The position numbers and the translations under genes were made by a program. From Archangium sp. (GTDB lineage: Bacteria; Myxococcota; Myxococcia; Myxococcales; Myxococcaceae), in NCBI GenBank assembly GCA_031367385.1, contig JANLPS010000090.1, positions 1 through 64,000 on the forward strand: 64,000 bases of DNA, in the 5' to 3' direction. The notes under the pieces are model-generated. The model ran no database searches, was not told where the DNA came from, and was given only the letters and a program-made list of their open reading frames with translations. Below, in pieces: positions 9,537 through 20,700 of this stretch; within the stretch, counting starts at the first letter, position 1, and every line of letters starts with the position of its first letter.

Positions 9537-10279
9537 GGGCGGCGCAAGTCGCAGAGGCGGGTGATCAGCGCATCGACTTCGCGCTGGCTCCGCAAGAAGT
9601 ACTGGGCAGCCGAGCGCTTCGCTCGACCGACCCGCACGCTGATCAACCCAGAAGGCTCAGCGATTCGAAACACGTCTTCATCGGTCACGTCATCGCCGAC
9701 GTAGAGCGAGACCTCGGCTCTGGCCCTTGCACGCAGCAGCAACAGCGCGTCACCCTTCGTGGGGGCGCCAGCGGGCACCAGGTTGATGACCGACTTGCCG
9801 GAGATGACTCGCATCGTCACCACCAACGCCCGAATCACCCGCCGAATCGCTCGCAACGCCTTGGGCCGATGGGTCGAGCGCCGGTAGTGCACCGCAAGCG
9901 AATACACCTTGTCTTCGAGGTCGATGCCCGGGTCTCGAGCGGCCAGCTGCTTGAACGCGAGCCGGGCCTCGTCGAGCGCGGCCTTGGCCTTCTTCAAGTT
10001 CGTGCCGGGCTCGAGCCCGTGATTGCCGATGACGTACTTCACCTTGAGCCCCAGCAGCCGCGCCTGCGCATCGCTCCGGCCCCGCCCTGAGATGACGGCG
10101 GTCGGGTACAGACGGCACAGCGCCGCGAAGTGAGCCCGGGTCTTGGCCCGCATGCCGGCCGCGTCACGGTCGCTCACGATGGGTGAGAGCGTGCCATCGA
10201 AGTCGAACGCCAACAGGGTCTTCGAGGCCGCCAACCGTTCGATGACTCCGCGGTGTCGAGCCGCCAAGAGGTGCTTCAT
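9524..10279 (-). CDS. otsB: Trehalose-6-phosphate phosphatase
   Basis: HAD motifs DFDGTL, ISGR, GNHG, KG and VGDDVTDEDVF; adjacent to otsA. Confidence 0.95.
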   Translation of the reverse strand: MKHLLAARHRGVIERLAASKTLLAFDFDGTLSPIVSDRDAAGMRAKTRAHFAALCRLYPTAVISGRGRSDAQARLLGLKVKYVIGNHGLEPGTNLKKAKAALDEARLAFKQLAARDPGIDLEDKVYSLAVHYRRSTHRPKALRAIRRVIRALVVTMRVISGKSVINLVPAGAPTKGDALLLLRARARAEVSLYVGDDVTDEDVFRIAEPSGLISVRVGRAKRSAAQYFLRSQREVDALITRLCDLRRPRSP

Positions 10280-12504
10280 ACGAACCGCCGAAGAGCTCCC
10301 GCGGCTGACCAGCGCCCCGTCATTCGCTCTCGCCGCCGCAGCTCGGCCGCGTCGACCAGCATTCGGCCCGCCCAGCGGTACACGTTGAATTCAGAGACCA
10401 TTCTCCGCATCGACTGCATGCGCTCGCGCTGTTCGGCCTTCGACATCGTCAGCGCGGTTGCCAGCGCCTCACTCGCCTGCCGCAAGTCATACGGGTTGAC
10501 GATCAACGCCTCGGTGAGGTCGCGCGCGGCGCCGGTGAATTGGCTCAAGATCAGCACTCCTTGCTCGTCGTCATGAGCCGCGACGAATTCTTTGGCGACG
10601 AGGTTCATGCCGTCATGCAAGCTGCTCACGTAGCAGAGGTCAGCGGCGCGAAAATACTTGAAGACCAGCGGTGGCTCGTGGTGCGCCCGCAGCAGCACGA
10701 TGGGCTTGTAGGTCTCAGTGCCCCACTTGACGTTGATCTGCGCCGCGACCGCTTCGACGCGCTCATTGAGCTGCTGGTACCGCTCGATCTTCGTTCGACT
10801 CGGCGCCGCGAGCTGCACGAAGGTGAACCGCCCGCGAAATTCGGGGTGGTGGGTCAACAGCTCATCGACCGCCATCAGCCGCTCTTCGATGCCTTTGGTG
10901 TAGTCGAGCCGGTCGATGCCAACGCCCAGCAACGAGTCAGGGGCCAGGCCGAGCTCGTGCCGTATCGAGGCGCGGCAGTCGGCGATGCTCGGAGCCCCGC
11001 GCAGCCAGTGCACCGGCCACTCGATTGAAATGGGGTACGGCCGCACCAGCGTGCTGCGCGAATGCTGCACGACGGCGCGGCGCTCACGGTCGATGCGGCT
11101 CTCGACGAAGGCGTCGACCGAGTCGAAGAAGTTGTTGCAGTGCTGCTGGGTGTGAAACCCGACGATGCTCGAGCCGAGCAGGCCGCTGATCAGCTCTTCG
11201 GCCCAGGGGCAGATGCCGAAGCGCTCGGCGTTCGGCCAGGGGATGTGCCAGAACGTGAGAATCGTCGCCTTCGGTAACCGCTCGCGAATCATTCGAGGGG
11301 CGAGGGCGAAGTGATAGTCCTGCACGAGCACGATGGGGTCGTCTGAATCGACCTCTTGGCACACCGCATCGGCGAAGCGGCGATTCACCGCCTGGTACGC
11401 GGCCCAGTCTTCGGTGCGAAAGTTGGGGCGGTTGTGCGCCACGTGGCAGAGCGGCCAGAGGCCCTCGTTCGAGAACCCGTAGTAGTACCCCTGCTCTTCT
11501 TGAGGCGTCAGCCAGACGCGGCGAATCGCGTACGACTCTTCACCTGGCGGCACGCGAACCCGGTCATGCGTGTCGACGGTCTCGCGGTCGGCATCGCCGC
11601 TGCCGTGCGCCACCCACACCCCGGAGCAGGCCTTCATCACCGGCTCGAGGGCGGTGACCAGCCCGCTGGCCGGGTGCACCACCCGAATGCCGGTGCCGGT
11701 CTTCTCGTGAATGTAGGGCTCCCGGTTCGCCAGCAGCACCACCCGCTCACCTTGCAGGTGCTGAATCAGGGTCGACTTGAGCCGAGCGGCGCTCCAGGGG
11801 CCGCTGCGACCGTCCTGGTCTCCTTCGCGGGTGAGGCGCTCGACCAGGTCACGAACGTCTTTGACCAGGGGGCGAAACTCGAGCGGAGCGTCACCGGTCA
11901 GGGCGCGCCGCAGCTCCATCGTCCACCCGCGCCAGGCGAAGCGCACCGCGAGCAGGGTGACGATTGACGCGCCCAGGGCGAGCACGAAGAAGCCGATCAA
12001 CAAGATGTTTCGGGTCGAGGCCTCGCGCAGCCCGAGGTAGCTCATGTCATGCACCAGCACCACGGTGCCCAAATCGTCTTCGAGCGTGGTGGCGCTGAAA
12101 TGAACCGGCCCAGAGGGCAGTTCAACGACGATGCCCTTCATGCCATCAGCCGCGATGCCCGCCTCTCGAAGCTGGCGCAAAATAGTCTGGCACGGGAAGC
12201 TGGCGGGGTATGCCTCGGTGGCCGCGACCTTCTGTTCGGTGGGTGAGCACGCCGCTGCCGCCATGATGCGCTCGTCATGGGTGATGTCAGAGAGCACGTC
12301 GGTCAGCCGCTCTTCATCGCCCCAGGTCGAGGTGAGGCTCTTGTGCGCCGAGGCCACCGCCAGCCGAGACCTCGATGCCACGTCGTGCTCGAACCAGGCG
12401 CGCGCAGTGCGTGAGAGCGCGGTGTTGCCAACGAACGCGAGCAGCGCCAGGGCGGCAACCAGCACCAACAGAAATCGGGCGGCGCGACGCATTGAGCCGC
12501 TCAT
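10276..12504 (-). CDS. otsA: Trehalose-6-phosphate synthase (GT20) with an N-terminal two-TM extracytoplasmic domain
   Basis: ANREP, ASGLVTAL, YYGFSNEGLWPLCH, QDYH, FWHIPWP, DRLDYTKG, DGMNLVAKE. Start moved to ATG 12504 (or 12492). Confidence 0.95.
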   Translation of the reverse strand: MSGSMRRAARFLLVLVAALALLAFVGNTALSRTARAWFEHDVASRSRLAVASAHKSLTSTWGDEERLTDVLSDITHDERIMAAAACSPTEQKVAATEAYPASFPCQTILRQLREAGIAADGMKGIVVELPSGPVHFSATTLEDDLGTVVLVHDMSYLGLREASTRNILLIGFFVLALGASIVTLLAVRFAWRGWTMELRRALTGDAPLEFRPLVKDVRDLVERLTREGDQDGRSGPWSAARLKSTLIQHLQGERVVLLANREPYIHEKTGTGIRVVHPASGLVTALEPVMKACSGVWVAHGSGDADRETVDTHDRVRVPPGEESYAIRRVWLTPQEEQGYYYGFSNEGLWPLCHVAHNRPNFRTEDWAAYQAVNRRFADAVCQEVDSDDPIVLVQDYHFALAPRMIRERLPKATILTFWHIPWPNAERFGICPWAEELISGLLGSSIVGFHTQQHCNNFFDSVDAFVESRIDRERRAVVQHSRSTLVRPYPISIEWPVHWLRGAPSIADCRASIRHELGLAPDSLLGVGIDRLDYTKGIEERLMAVDELLTHHPEFRGRFTFVQLAAPSRTKIERYQQLNERVEAVAAQINVKWGTETYKPIVLLRAHHEPPLVFKYFRAADLCYVSSLHDGMNLVAKEFVAAHDDEQGVLILSQFTGAARDLTEALIVNPYDLRQASEALATALTMSKAEQRERMQSMRRMVSEFNVYRWAGRMLVDAAELRRRERMTGRWSAAGALRRFV

Positions 12505-12546
12505 ACTCGACACTGGTTGGATATCCAACCGAGGGGATGGTATTTG

Positions 12547-14317
12547 ATGACGATGATGCTCGAAGAGCTCGGCCTGATTGGAAATTGCCAAGTCGCCGCG
12601 CACGTTCGAAATGACGGCGCGATCGTCTGGTCGTGCATGCCGCGGTTCGATTCTCCGCCGATCTTCGGCGCTTTGCTCGACCCCGAAGGTGGCAGCTTCA
12701 TCATCGGGCCCGCCGACCGCTCGATCGTCGGCACGCAGCGGTACCTGACGAACACCAACGTGCTCGAGACGCGCTTCGAGACTAAAGAGGGCGCGTTTCG
12801 GGTGCTCGACTTCGCGCCGCGCTTCTTTCAATTCGACCGCAGCTTTCGCCCCACCAAGCTGATCAGAATCGTCGAGCCGCTCTCTGGGGCACCGCTGATC
12901 AGAGTGTCGTGTGACCCGGTGCTCGGGTGGGCCAAGCGGCCCGCGCCCCGTGAGCAGGGTTCGCACCACGTGTCGTTTCGCGGCTACGACGCCGAGCTGC
13001 GGCTGACGACCGACGCCCCGCTCTCATATCTGCATGGAGAGCCCTTCGCGTTGACCGAGCGCCGGCACTTCGCGTTGGCCTACGGCGCTCCGGTCGAGGA
13101 GTCGCTCGCCCCGTTGTGCGATCGCTTTCTGCGCGAAACGATCAAGTACTGGCAGCAGTGGGTCAAGCACTGCGACATTCCTCCGCTCTACCAAGAAGAG
13201 GTCATTCGCTCGGCGCTGACCTTGAAGATGCACTGCTACGAAGACACCGGAGCGATCGTCGCGGCGTTGACCACCTCGATACCCGAGTCGACCGGCTCGG
13301 GCCGCACGTGGGACTACCGCTACTGCTGGCTGCGAGACTCGTTCTACGCGCTGGGCGCCTTTCGGCACCTGGGCCAATTCGAAGAGCGAGAGCAGTTTCT
13401 GTCGTACCTGCTGAACATCGCCGCCTCGTCACCCGAGCTCGACCTCGCGCCGCTCTACCGCATCGACGGCCGGTCTGACCTCGACGAGCGCATCGAGACG
13501 GGCTGGAAGGGGTACCGTGGTGAAGGCCCGGTTCGGGTGGGCAACGGCGCCGCGACCCACCGGCAGAATGACGTCTTCGGTGAGCTGGTGCTCGCGCTGA
13601 CGCCGATGTTTCTCGACGCGCGGTTCAGGGAGCAGGTGACGCCGCCGGTGCTACCTGGTGACCCGGCTCGCGCGCAAAGCGGTCAGCGTGGCAGGGCAAC
13701 CCGACGCCGGCATCTGGGAGATACGCACCGAGTGGCGCCCGCAGACCTTCAGCTCGGTGATGTGCTGGGCCGCCGCCGACCGCATGGGCCGCATCGCACA
13801 GACCCACCGGCCCGCCGACGCCGACGAGTTCATCAAGGCCGCCGCCCGCATTCGCGAAGAGCTGCTCACCAAGGCCGTCGACCTGAAGCGTGGCTCGCTG
13901 GTCGCCGACTACGGAGGCACCGAGCTCGATGCGGCGTTGCTCCAAGCGGTGTCGCTGCGGTTGTTGCCTGGCAACGACCCGCGCATGCATTCAACCGTCG
14001 ACGCGGTGCGCGCCGACCTCGAACAAAATGGGTGGCTGCGCCGCTATCGGGTCGACGACGGGTTCGGCGTGCCGACGGTGGCCTTCATGCTGTGCACCTT
14101 CTGGTTGGTCGAGGCGCTGGCCAGCCTGGGCCGCTACGACGAGGCGCGTGCGCTGATGAGCCGGTTCTCGAAGATACGCTCGCCGCTGGGCCTGCTGGCC
14201 GAAGACTTGGTGCCCGAAACCGGCGAAATGTGGGGTAATTTCCCACAGGCGTACTCGCACGTCGGCATGATTCACGCGGCCTTCGCCGCCTCGCCGAGGT
14301 GGGCCGACATCGGCTAA
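12547..14317 (+). pseudogene. Glycoside hydrolase family 15 (trehalase-like), frameshifted near 13652
   Basis: LIGNCQ, WDYRYCWLRD and GPVRVGNGA in frame 1; DAGIWEIR, CTFWL and GNFPQAYSH in frame 2. Confidence 0.88.
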
Positions 14318-14400
14318 CCCACGGGCCATTTTTCTCAAGAAATGGAAAAGAAGACCCCGGTGGTCACGAGGGCCGCATCGTTTGCTAGACACGCGCGACG

Positions 14401-17400
14401 ATGGCGTTGATCAAATTTCCAGCGTTCGGGACGATAGGGGCAACTCTCCACACCGCCGTCGAGCACGCGAAGCCAGCGGGCGAAGCGAGCGTGATACCGG
14501 CGTGGGCGCCGAAGGCCGAGGCGTTGGCCCGCCCGACGCGTGGTCTCGAAGCGTTGGCCAGCCTCGATCTGGGCGTGGGCCTCTCAGACATCAACGAGAT
14601 GCGCATCGTGCTGACCGATGCCGCGAAGCCGGCGACCATCGAGCGGGTCGGGCAAGAGACGCATCGCTTGGTGAGGTTGTACAAAGAGCTGACCGACGCG
14701 CAGCCCGGCGCCGACACCACGCAGCTCGAAGAAGAGATGCGCAAGGTGGCCAAGGGGCTGACCTCCCGGTTGGCGGGGCAGAAGGGCGTCTTTCTCTCGA
14801 AGAATGACGCGCGGGTCGACCTGGTGGCGCCCGAAACGGCGGCGAAGCAAGCGGGTGCGGTGGCAGATGACGCGCAGGGCGCCGGCCGGCGATCTGCGAA
14901 AGTCGCGACGGCCGCAGCGGTGGCGGTCGACCCGATCACCGGTGAGCGCGTGGTGCTGCAGCCGATGGGGCGGGTGGTCGAAGACCTGCCGCTGACCCGT
15001 TTTGCCGAGCTGCACGGCGAGCGAAGCAACCGGGGCGCCGAGGCGAAGATTCTGGCGACCGATAAGGCCGCCGTTCAGAGCATGCGCACTCTGAGCGACG
15101 CTGAGCTCGACAAGGCCGACCTGCGCAAGCCCGACGGGCCGATTGAGTACGTGACGCTCACGGGCGCCGACGGCACTGATCAGACCTTCACGTACCCCAC
15201 GCGTTGGTTCAAAAAACCGAGCGACTTGTTCGCGCGGCGCATGGTCATCGAAGGGCCCTTTCGCGGCAGCTACCTCGATGACGTCGCCAGCAAGGTCGAT
15301 GAGGCGTCGCTCTCGAAGGCGACCCAAGAGTCGCGCTTGCTGTGGCTCTCACCGAAAAAATCGAACGTGCAGCCGGTCATCTCGACCGTGCAGGTGCGCG
15401 AGGCGGGCGAGGTGAAGACCAAGCTGCGGGTTCGAATACCCAGCACGCCCGATTGGACGGCGGTGCGCCAATCGCAAGCGCAGCTGGCCAAGGCGCTGCC
15501 CGACGTGAAGCAGATAGACGACTCCAAGAGCACGATGTTCGTGTTCGACCCGACGAACTTCGCGTTCATCAAGAAAGTGGCGCCGGCCTTCGCGAGCACC
15601 AAGGAGGCGCAGCTGCTGGTCGATGGCCACGTCGACGAGCTGCTGAAGTTCGAGAAGGCGCTCACCCCCGAGGCGCTGCGAAAATTTTCTGCCCGTGCGA
15701 TTGGCGGCTTTCGCGAAACCACCGTCGACAACCAGGGCCGCATTCAACCCTTCGAGCTGAGCTCGATTCAACGCAGCACGCTGGCCCGCCTGGAGATGGA
15801 CGGCTGGCGCGGCGCGGTCACCCTGGGCACCGGCATGGGCAAGACCCTGGTCGGCATCACGGCGATGGAGATGATGGCGAAGGGCGGCGAGAAGCGGCCG
15901 TTCTTGGTGGTCGTGCCCGACGGCCTCGAAGGCAATTTCCCCGCTGAGATCTACGCCAAGCGCACGCCCGAGACGGCGCAGCGGTTGGCTGATCAGCTCA
16001 AGGTGATGACCTACACCGAGTTTCGCCGGGCGGTGAAGAAGGGCGAACTCGACGGGCAGCCCTTCGACAAGAGCACGTTCGGCGCGGTGATCTACGACGA
16101 GGTGCACATCGCGACCGACCGTCGCACGGCCAACGGCGCGGCGATTTTGAAGTTCGGTCACGAGCACACCATCGAGATGACCGGCACGCCGCAGCCCGAG
16201 CCCGAGCGGCTCCAGGCGATGGACGCGGGTGTTCGCGGCCTCGACTTGAACTCACCCGAAGCGAAGGCCGACCGCCGCAAGGCGCGAAAGTGGCGCGAGC
16301 TGCTCTTCACCGAGGTGAACGGCGTCACCACCGGCGTCAAGGGCCCCTTCGAGCTGCGTCGCGGCCTGAAGATCGACCCGACCCGCGACATGCTGGAGTG
16401 GATTCGCAGCCGCTTCATCTACGCCGACAATTTGAAAGACGACGTCGCCTTGCCCAAGCGCACCGACGTGCACTTGACCTTGCCGATGAGCACCGTTTTC
16501 GAAGATACCTATCGAAAGCTCGCGGTGCCGGTGAAGACCGCGCTCGAAGGCCTGGTCAGCATCTACCGAGATCAGGGTCTGGCGAACCCCACTGAGCCGG
16601 TGACCTCGGGGCGGCCGAAGCTGACGCCTCAAGCGCGCGACGAGCGGGTGCGTGAAGTGCGCAAGTCGCTCAAGACGCCGATCGCCGAGCTCTCGAAGCT
16701 GACCAACACCGAAGAGAAGCTGACCCAGGTGGGCAAGGCGTTGCTCGAGAAGATGCACGAAGACGAGGTCGGTGGCCTGCCTGCGAGCCGCTCGCTGCTC
16801 TTCACCGACGACCCCAAGTACGTTCAAGAATCGGCCCGGGTGATGTCGTTGCGCATACCCGGCAAGCTGCACGCGGCCTGCATGGGCGATCGCATCGACG
16901 TGTACCAGAACGGCGAGAAGCTCAGCAGTCTGGGGCCCTACAAGTTGCCGTTCAAAGAGAAGGCCTACCGGCCCGACCCCTCGATGCCCGCGAACAGCAC
17001 GACCAACCGCGAGGTGCCGGCTGATCAATGGCGCACCTTCGTGCTCAACAACGTGCTGGGCCAGCACCCCGAGGTCTCCACCACCACGCTGTTCGGGCCG
17101 ACCTACCAGACCGGCCAAAACCTGCAGTGGGCCAGCACGGTGGTGCACCTCGACCGCGACACCTGGAGCGACTTCAACATGCGCCAGCGCGAGGCCCGCT
17201 CCCTGCGTCGGGGGCAGACCCGCCCTGTGACGGTGATGCACGCCGACTACACCTTCGCCAAGCCGCAGAGCACGCTCGACCGCACGCTCGACCAGGTGCG
17301 CGAGCTTCAAGCGAAGAACGACCGGGGGTTGCTGCAGCAGACGCTGGTCGCGGCGCAAGACATCAAGCTGGGCGAAGGGCTCAAGAGGGCTCGCCCATCG

Positions 17401-17511
17401 ACGGCGTTCGACGTCAACGCGCCGCTGCCGGCGCAGAATGATCTCGGCTCGTTCGCGCTGGGCGCGTCGCCGACTCCGGCGAACGTGGGCCAGGCGCGGG
17501 CCATGCCGTGA
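14401..17511 (+). CDS. SF2 (SNF2-like) helicase/ATPase with a long unique N-terminus
   Basis: Walker A GTGMGKT, Ia LVVVP, II IYDEVH, III MTGTP, V GQNLQ, VI QREARSLRRGQ. Confidence 0.85.
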   Translation: MALIKFPAFGTIGATLHTAVEHAKPAGEASVIPAWAPKAEALARPTRGLEALASLDLGVGLSDINEMRIVLTDAAKPATIERVGQETHRLVRLYKELTDAQPGADTTQLEEEMRKVAKGLTSRLAGQKGVFLSKNDARVDLVAPETAAKQAGAVADDAQGAGRRSAKVATAAAVAVDPITGERVVLQPMGRVVEDLPLTRFAELHGERSNRGAEAKILATDKAAVQSMRTLSDAELDKADLRKPDGPIEYVTLTGADGTDQTFTYPTRWFKKPSDLFARRMVIEGPFRGSYLDDVASKVDEASLSKATQESRLLWLSPKKSNVQPVISTVQVREAGEVKTKLRVRIPSTPDWTAVRQSQAQLAKALPDVKQIDDSKSTMFVFDPTNFAFIKKVAPAFASTKEAQLLVDGHVDELLKFEKALTPEALRKFSARAIGGFRETTVDNQGRIQPFELSSIQRSTLARLEMDGWRGAVTLGTGMGKTLVGITAMEMMAKGGEKRPFLVVVPDGLEGNFPAEIYAKRTPETAQRLADQLKVMTYTEFRRAVKKGELDGQPFDKSTFGAVIYDEVHIATDRRTANGAAILKFGHEHTIEMTGTPQPEPERLQAMDAGVRGLDLNSPEAKADRRKARKWRELLFTEVNGVTTGVKGPFELRRGLKIDPTRDMLEWIRSRFIYADNLKDDVALPKRTDVHLTLPMSTVFEDTYRKLAVPVKTALEGLVSIYRDQGLANPTEPVTSGRPKLTPQARDERVREVRKSLKTPIAELSKLTNTEEKLTQVGKALLEKMHEDEVGGLPASRSLLFTDDPKYVQESARVMSLRIPGKLHAACMGDRIDVYQNGEKLSSLGPYKLPFKEKAYRPDPSMPANSTTNREVPADQWRTFVLNNVLGQHPEVSTTTLFGPTYQTGQNLQWASTVVHLDRDTWSDFNMRQREARSLRRGQTRPVTVMHADYTFAKPQSTLDRTLDQVRELQAKNDRGLLQQTLVAAQDIKLGEGLKRARPSTAFDVNAPLPAQNDLGSFALGASPTPANVGQARAMP

Positions 17512-17759
17512 GCGAGCTCAAACCGCTCTCTGAGTGGAAGAGCTTCATCAAAGAGCTCGAGGCCGACCCCGCTGAGCTCTACGCGGCGGCCGAGGCGGCC
17601 AACTCAGCGCAGTGGGTGCACACCATGATGGAGCGCGGCGCGACCGCCCACGATGTGCAAGCGGTGCTCGAGCTGTTCGCCCAGCGCTTCAAGGCCCTGG
17701 GCTTCGTGCCTCCCGCGGGTGGCTACGTCGACCTGGGCTGGCTCGCTGAGAAACCGTAA
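17508..17759 (+). CDS. Small hypothetical protein translationally coupled to the helicase
   Basis: GTGA start/stop overlap, strong GC3 bias, 83 aa, predicted helical. Confidence 0.75.
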   Translation: MSELKPLSEWKSFIKELEADPAELYAAAEAANSAQWVHTMMERGATAHDVQAVLELFAQRFKALGFVPPAGGYVDLGWLAEKP

Positions 17760-17771
17760 CCGCGGCGCTCG

Positions 17772-20700
17772 TCAGTAACAGCTGGTCTGGTAGGTGACCT
17801 TGACCATCGCGCCAGGCGGCGTGGTGGTGACGTCTTGAAACACCACCGCGTTGCTCACGGGGTCGATCGCCCACGCGGTCACCGCGGTGCCGTTGACGGT
17901 CACGGTGACGGGCTGGGTCAGGTCGGGCGCCGAGGTGAGGTAGATGACGCTGCGCGGCCCGAGCGCGTTCTTGCCGATTTTCTCGAGGTCGGTGGCCCAG
18001 TCTTTGGTGCAGATGTCGACCTGCACTCCGCTGGTGGCGGCGATGATTGGCGCGTAGCGGCCCGGGTCGACGAAGCTGTCGATGCTGCAGCCCGCCGGAG
18101 TGGGGGACGTGAAGGGCCCGATGGTGCTGAAGGTGAACAGCCACGCCTGCTGCCGGCTGACCAGGCTCAAGAAGCGGTTCTGGTAGTAGGCCGACGGCGA
18201 GGGCGACTGATCAGGCGCGTCAGAGACGACGACGATGCTCAGCGAGGCCCCCGCGCGCAGAAACCCCTTATTGGCGGTGCCGGTGAGCGGAGAGGTCACT
18301 GCCTTGAGCGCGGCCGAGAGGGGCTGCTCGATGCCGCTGCCATTGGTGCCCACGTTCACCTTCTCTGAGAACCGCGCCTCGACGTTCGGCGTCGAGGGGG
18401 TGAGCACCATCGGGTTTGAGACGGTGCGCAGCAGCTTGCCCTGAGCGCCCAGCGGAGAGTCGTCGGTGGTGGTGACTCCGATTTGGTAGGGCACCTTGAG
18501 CTGATTGGCGTACTTGATGAACGACGAAAAATTCGCCGCGAGCGAGGTCTGCTCGTCGAACATCGAGCAGCTGTTGTCGACTACGAACAAGATGTCGGCC
18601 GGCGTCTGGGCGGGCTGGGTGAAGGTGTCGCTGTTGGTGCTGGTGGTCGAGCCGACGCCCTTCATCGGCACCCGGTCGGTCTTGGAGACGCCCGCTTCTG
18701 AGACGCCGATGACCAGCGCGGCGCTCTGCGCGGTGTAGTCGGTGGGTACGAAGGCGACCTGCACCGGCTGGGGCACGCCTGGAGCCAGGGTCAACCCACC
18801 CGCCGGCACCACTGGAGCCGCGGTAATTCGAAAGCCGCTCGGTGAAGGGTCAATCGCCAGGCTTTTGATGAGAATCGGGTTCGAGCAGGCGTTGTAGATG
18901 GTGACGGCCTTCGAGGCCGACTTGCAGCCGACCTTCACGGTGCCGAAGTCCAAGTCTTGGGGGGTGGCGACCAGGCAGGGCGAGACGCGCACTCCCAGCG
19001 GCACCAGCACCTGGGGCGTCGACCCGGAGTTGAGCGAGAAGCGCAAGAACCCGGTGAGCTCGTCGCCCTCATTCGAGCCGGGCGGCACGGTGACTTGCAC
19101 GTTGAGGCTGCCCGTCGTTCGAGCGGCGACCAGCAGGTTGGCCGCGCCGACGGGGTGAAAAACGGGGTCGCTGCCCGGGGCCAGCTCGATGCCGCTGAGC
19201 AGGCAGTTGTTGTCGCTGGTGTTGGTGAGGTTGACCGTGCGGGTGAGCACCGCGCCCGAGGGCAAATCGCCGAACGAGACCGAGCCTGGCTCGATGGCGA
19301 GCGTGCACAGCTTCTCTTGTATGACGTCGGCGTTGAGGGCGACGGTGGCCACCGGGGTGATGGCGTCGTTCGAGTACACCTTCAGGGTGGCGCGCTTGGT
19401 GCCGACGGAGCTCGGGGTGAAGTGCACATCGAGATCGACGGTGTTCTTACCGGGCGTCGCGGGCAGGCCTTTCACCGTGTCCCACGAGAGCAACGAGACT
19501 TGAAAGTCTCTGGCCTGGGTCTGGGTGTTCGCAGGCTCAATGAAAACGAAGGGCGGCTTGCCGTTTTGGCCCAGAAACAGGTTCGAGCTGGTGTCATCGG
19601 GCCCGCTGGGCAGGGTGCCCACGTTTTGAATGGCGAGGCGGCGGGTGCTGGGCAACGGCGCGCCTGGCACCAGGGGCACCAACCCGAACTCGATCGACGG
19701 AGTGGGGGTGAGCCGAATGCGGGGGCCTCCACCGATGCAGGCCAACGGCACGCGCAGCGCGTGAACCGGGTCGGTGTCGACGTTGAGGGTCAGCTCGCCC
19801 AGGTGTTGCCCGATGGCGGTGGCGTGGCAGGTGAGCTCGACGCTGACGGAGTCGTGAGGGCCCAGGGTTCGGTTCGTTCGGTTGGCGCCTGCGAACCAAT
19901 CGCCGTTGACGGTCAGCGCGCTCAAGGTGGCGGGCACCGAGCTGCGGTTGGTGAAGGTGACTGAGCGAGCGACCGTCTCTCCGGGGGGCACGTGGCCGAA
20001 GTCGAGCAGCTTGGGGTTCCACTCGATGGTGTCGTTCGAGCCAGACCCGGTCAGCACGGTGCGCGCCTCGGGGCAGGTGGCCGAGCGGCGCAGCAGCACT
20101 TCGGCGCGATAGGGGCGCTCGGCGCTCGGCGTGAAGATGAAGGGTACGTCGGCCGCGGCTCCGGCAGCGATGGTCTCTGGGGCTGCGCCCGATGGCGCGA
20201 AGAAGGTGGCGTCGTCGCCCTGCACCGCACCGAAGGTGGGCGTTTGGGGCAGCTGCGAGCCGTTGACCAGGTGGAGCGTCGCGCTCGAGTGCCGGTTGAG
20301 CGGCACCACGCCGAAGTCGAGCAGGGCGGGCACCAGGCAGTCGCGGCCGACCGCGTTCGCGACGAGCTCGAGGGTGAGGGTGCCTTCGCCGTCGCGGGTG
20401 CCCGAGGCGTCGATTTGAAAGCTGGCCCGGTGCTCGACCAGCGCCTTGGTCGCGTCGTCGTCTTGCGGAGGCGAGAAGCTGATGGCCAAGGCGACCTCGG
20501 CCTGGGCTTTGATGACGGTGGCTTCGGGCAGGGTCAGCGTGAAGGCCGGGCTGCCGGCCAGCGGGGTGACTCGAAGCAGGGTGACCGAGGTGTCGCCTAC
20601 GTTGCGCACGGTGGCGGTGGCATTGCCGGTGCCAGTCATCACCACCGGGCCCAAGGTGAGGCTGCCTTCGCGGGTTAGCACCTCGGTGCCATTGCTGGGC

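Noticed and set aside
12505..12969. N-terminal extension of otsA in the ORF track
   Set aside because: It overlaps the GH15 gene antisense; the TM-bearing N-terminus starts at 12504/12492.
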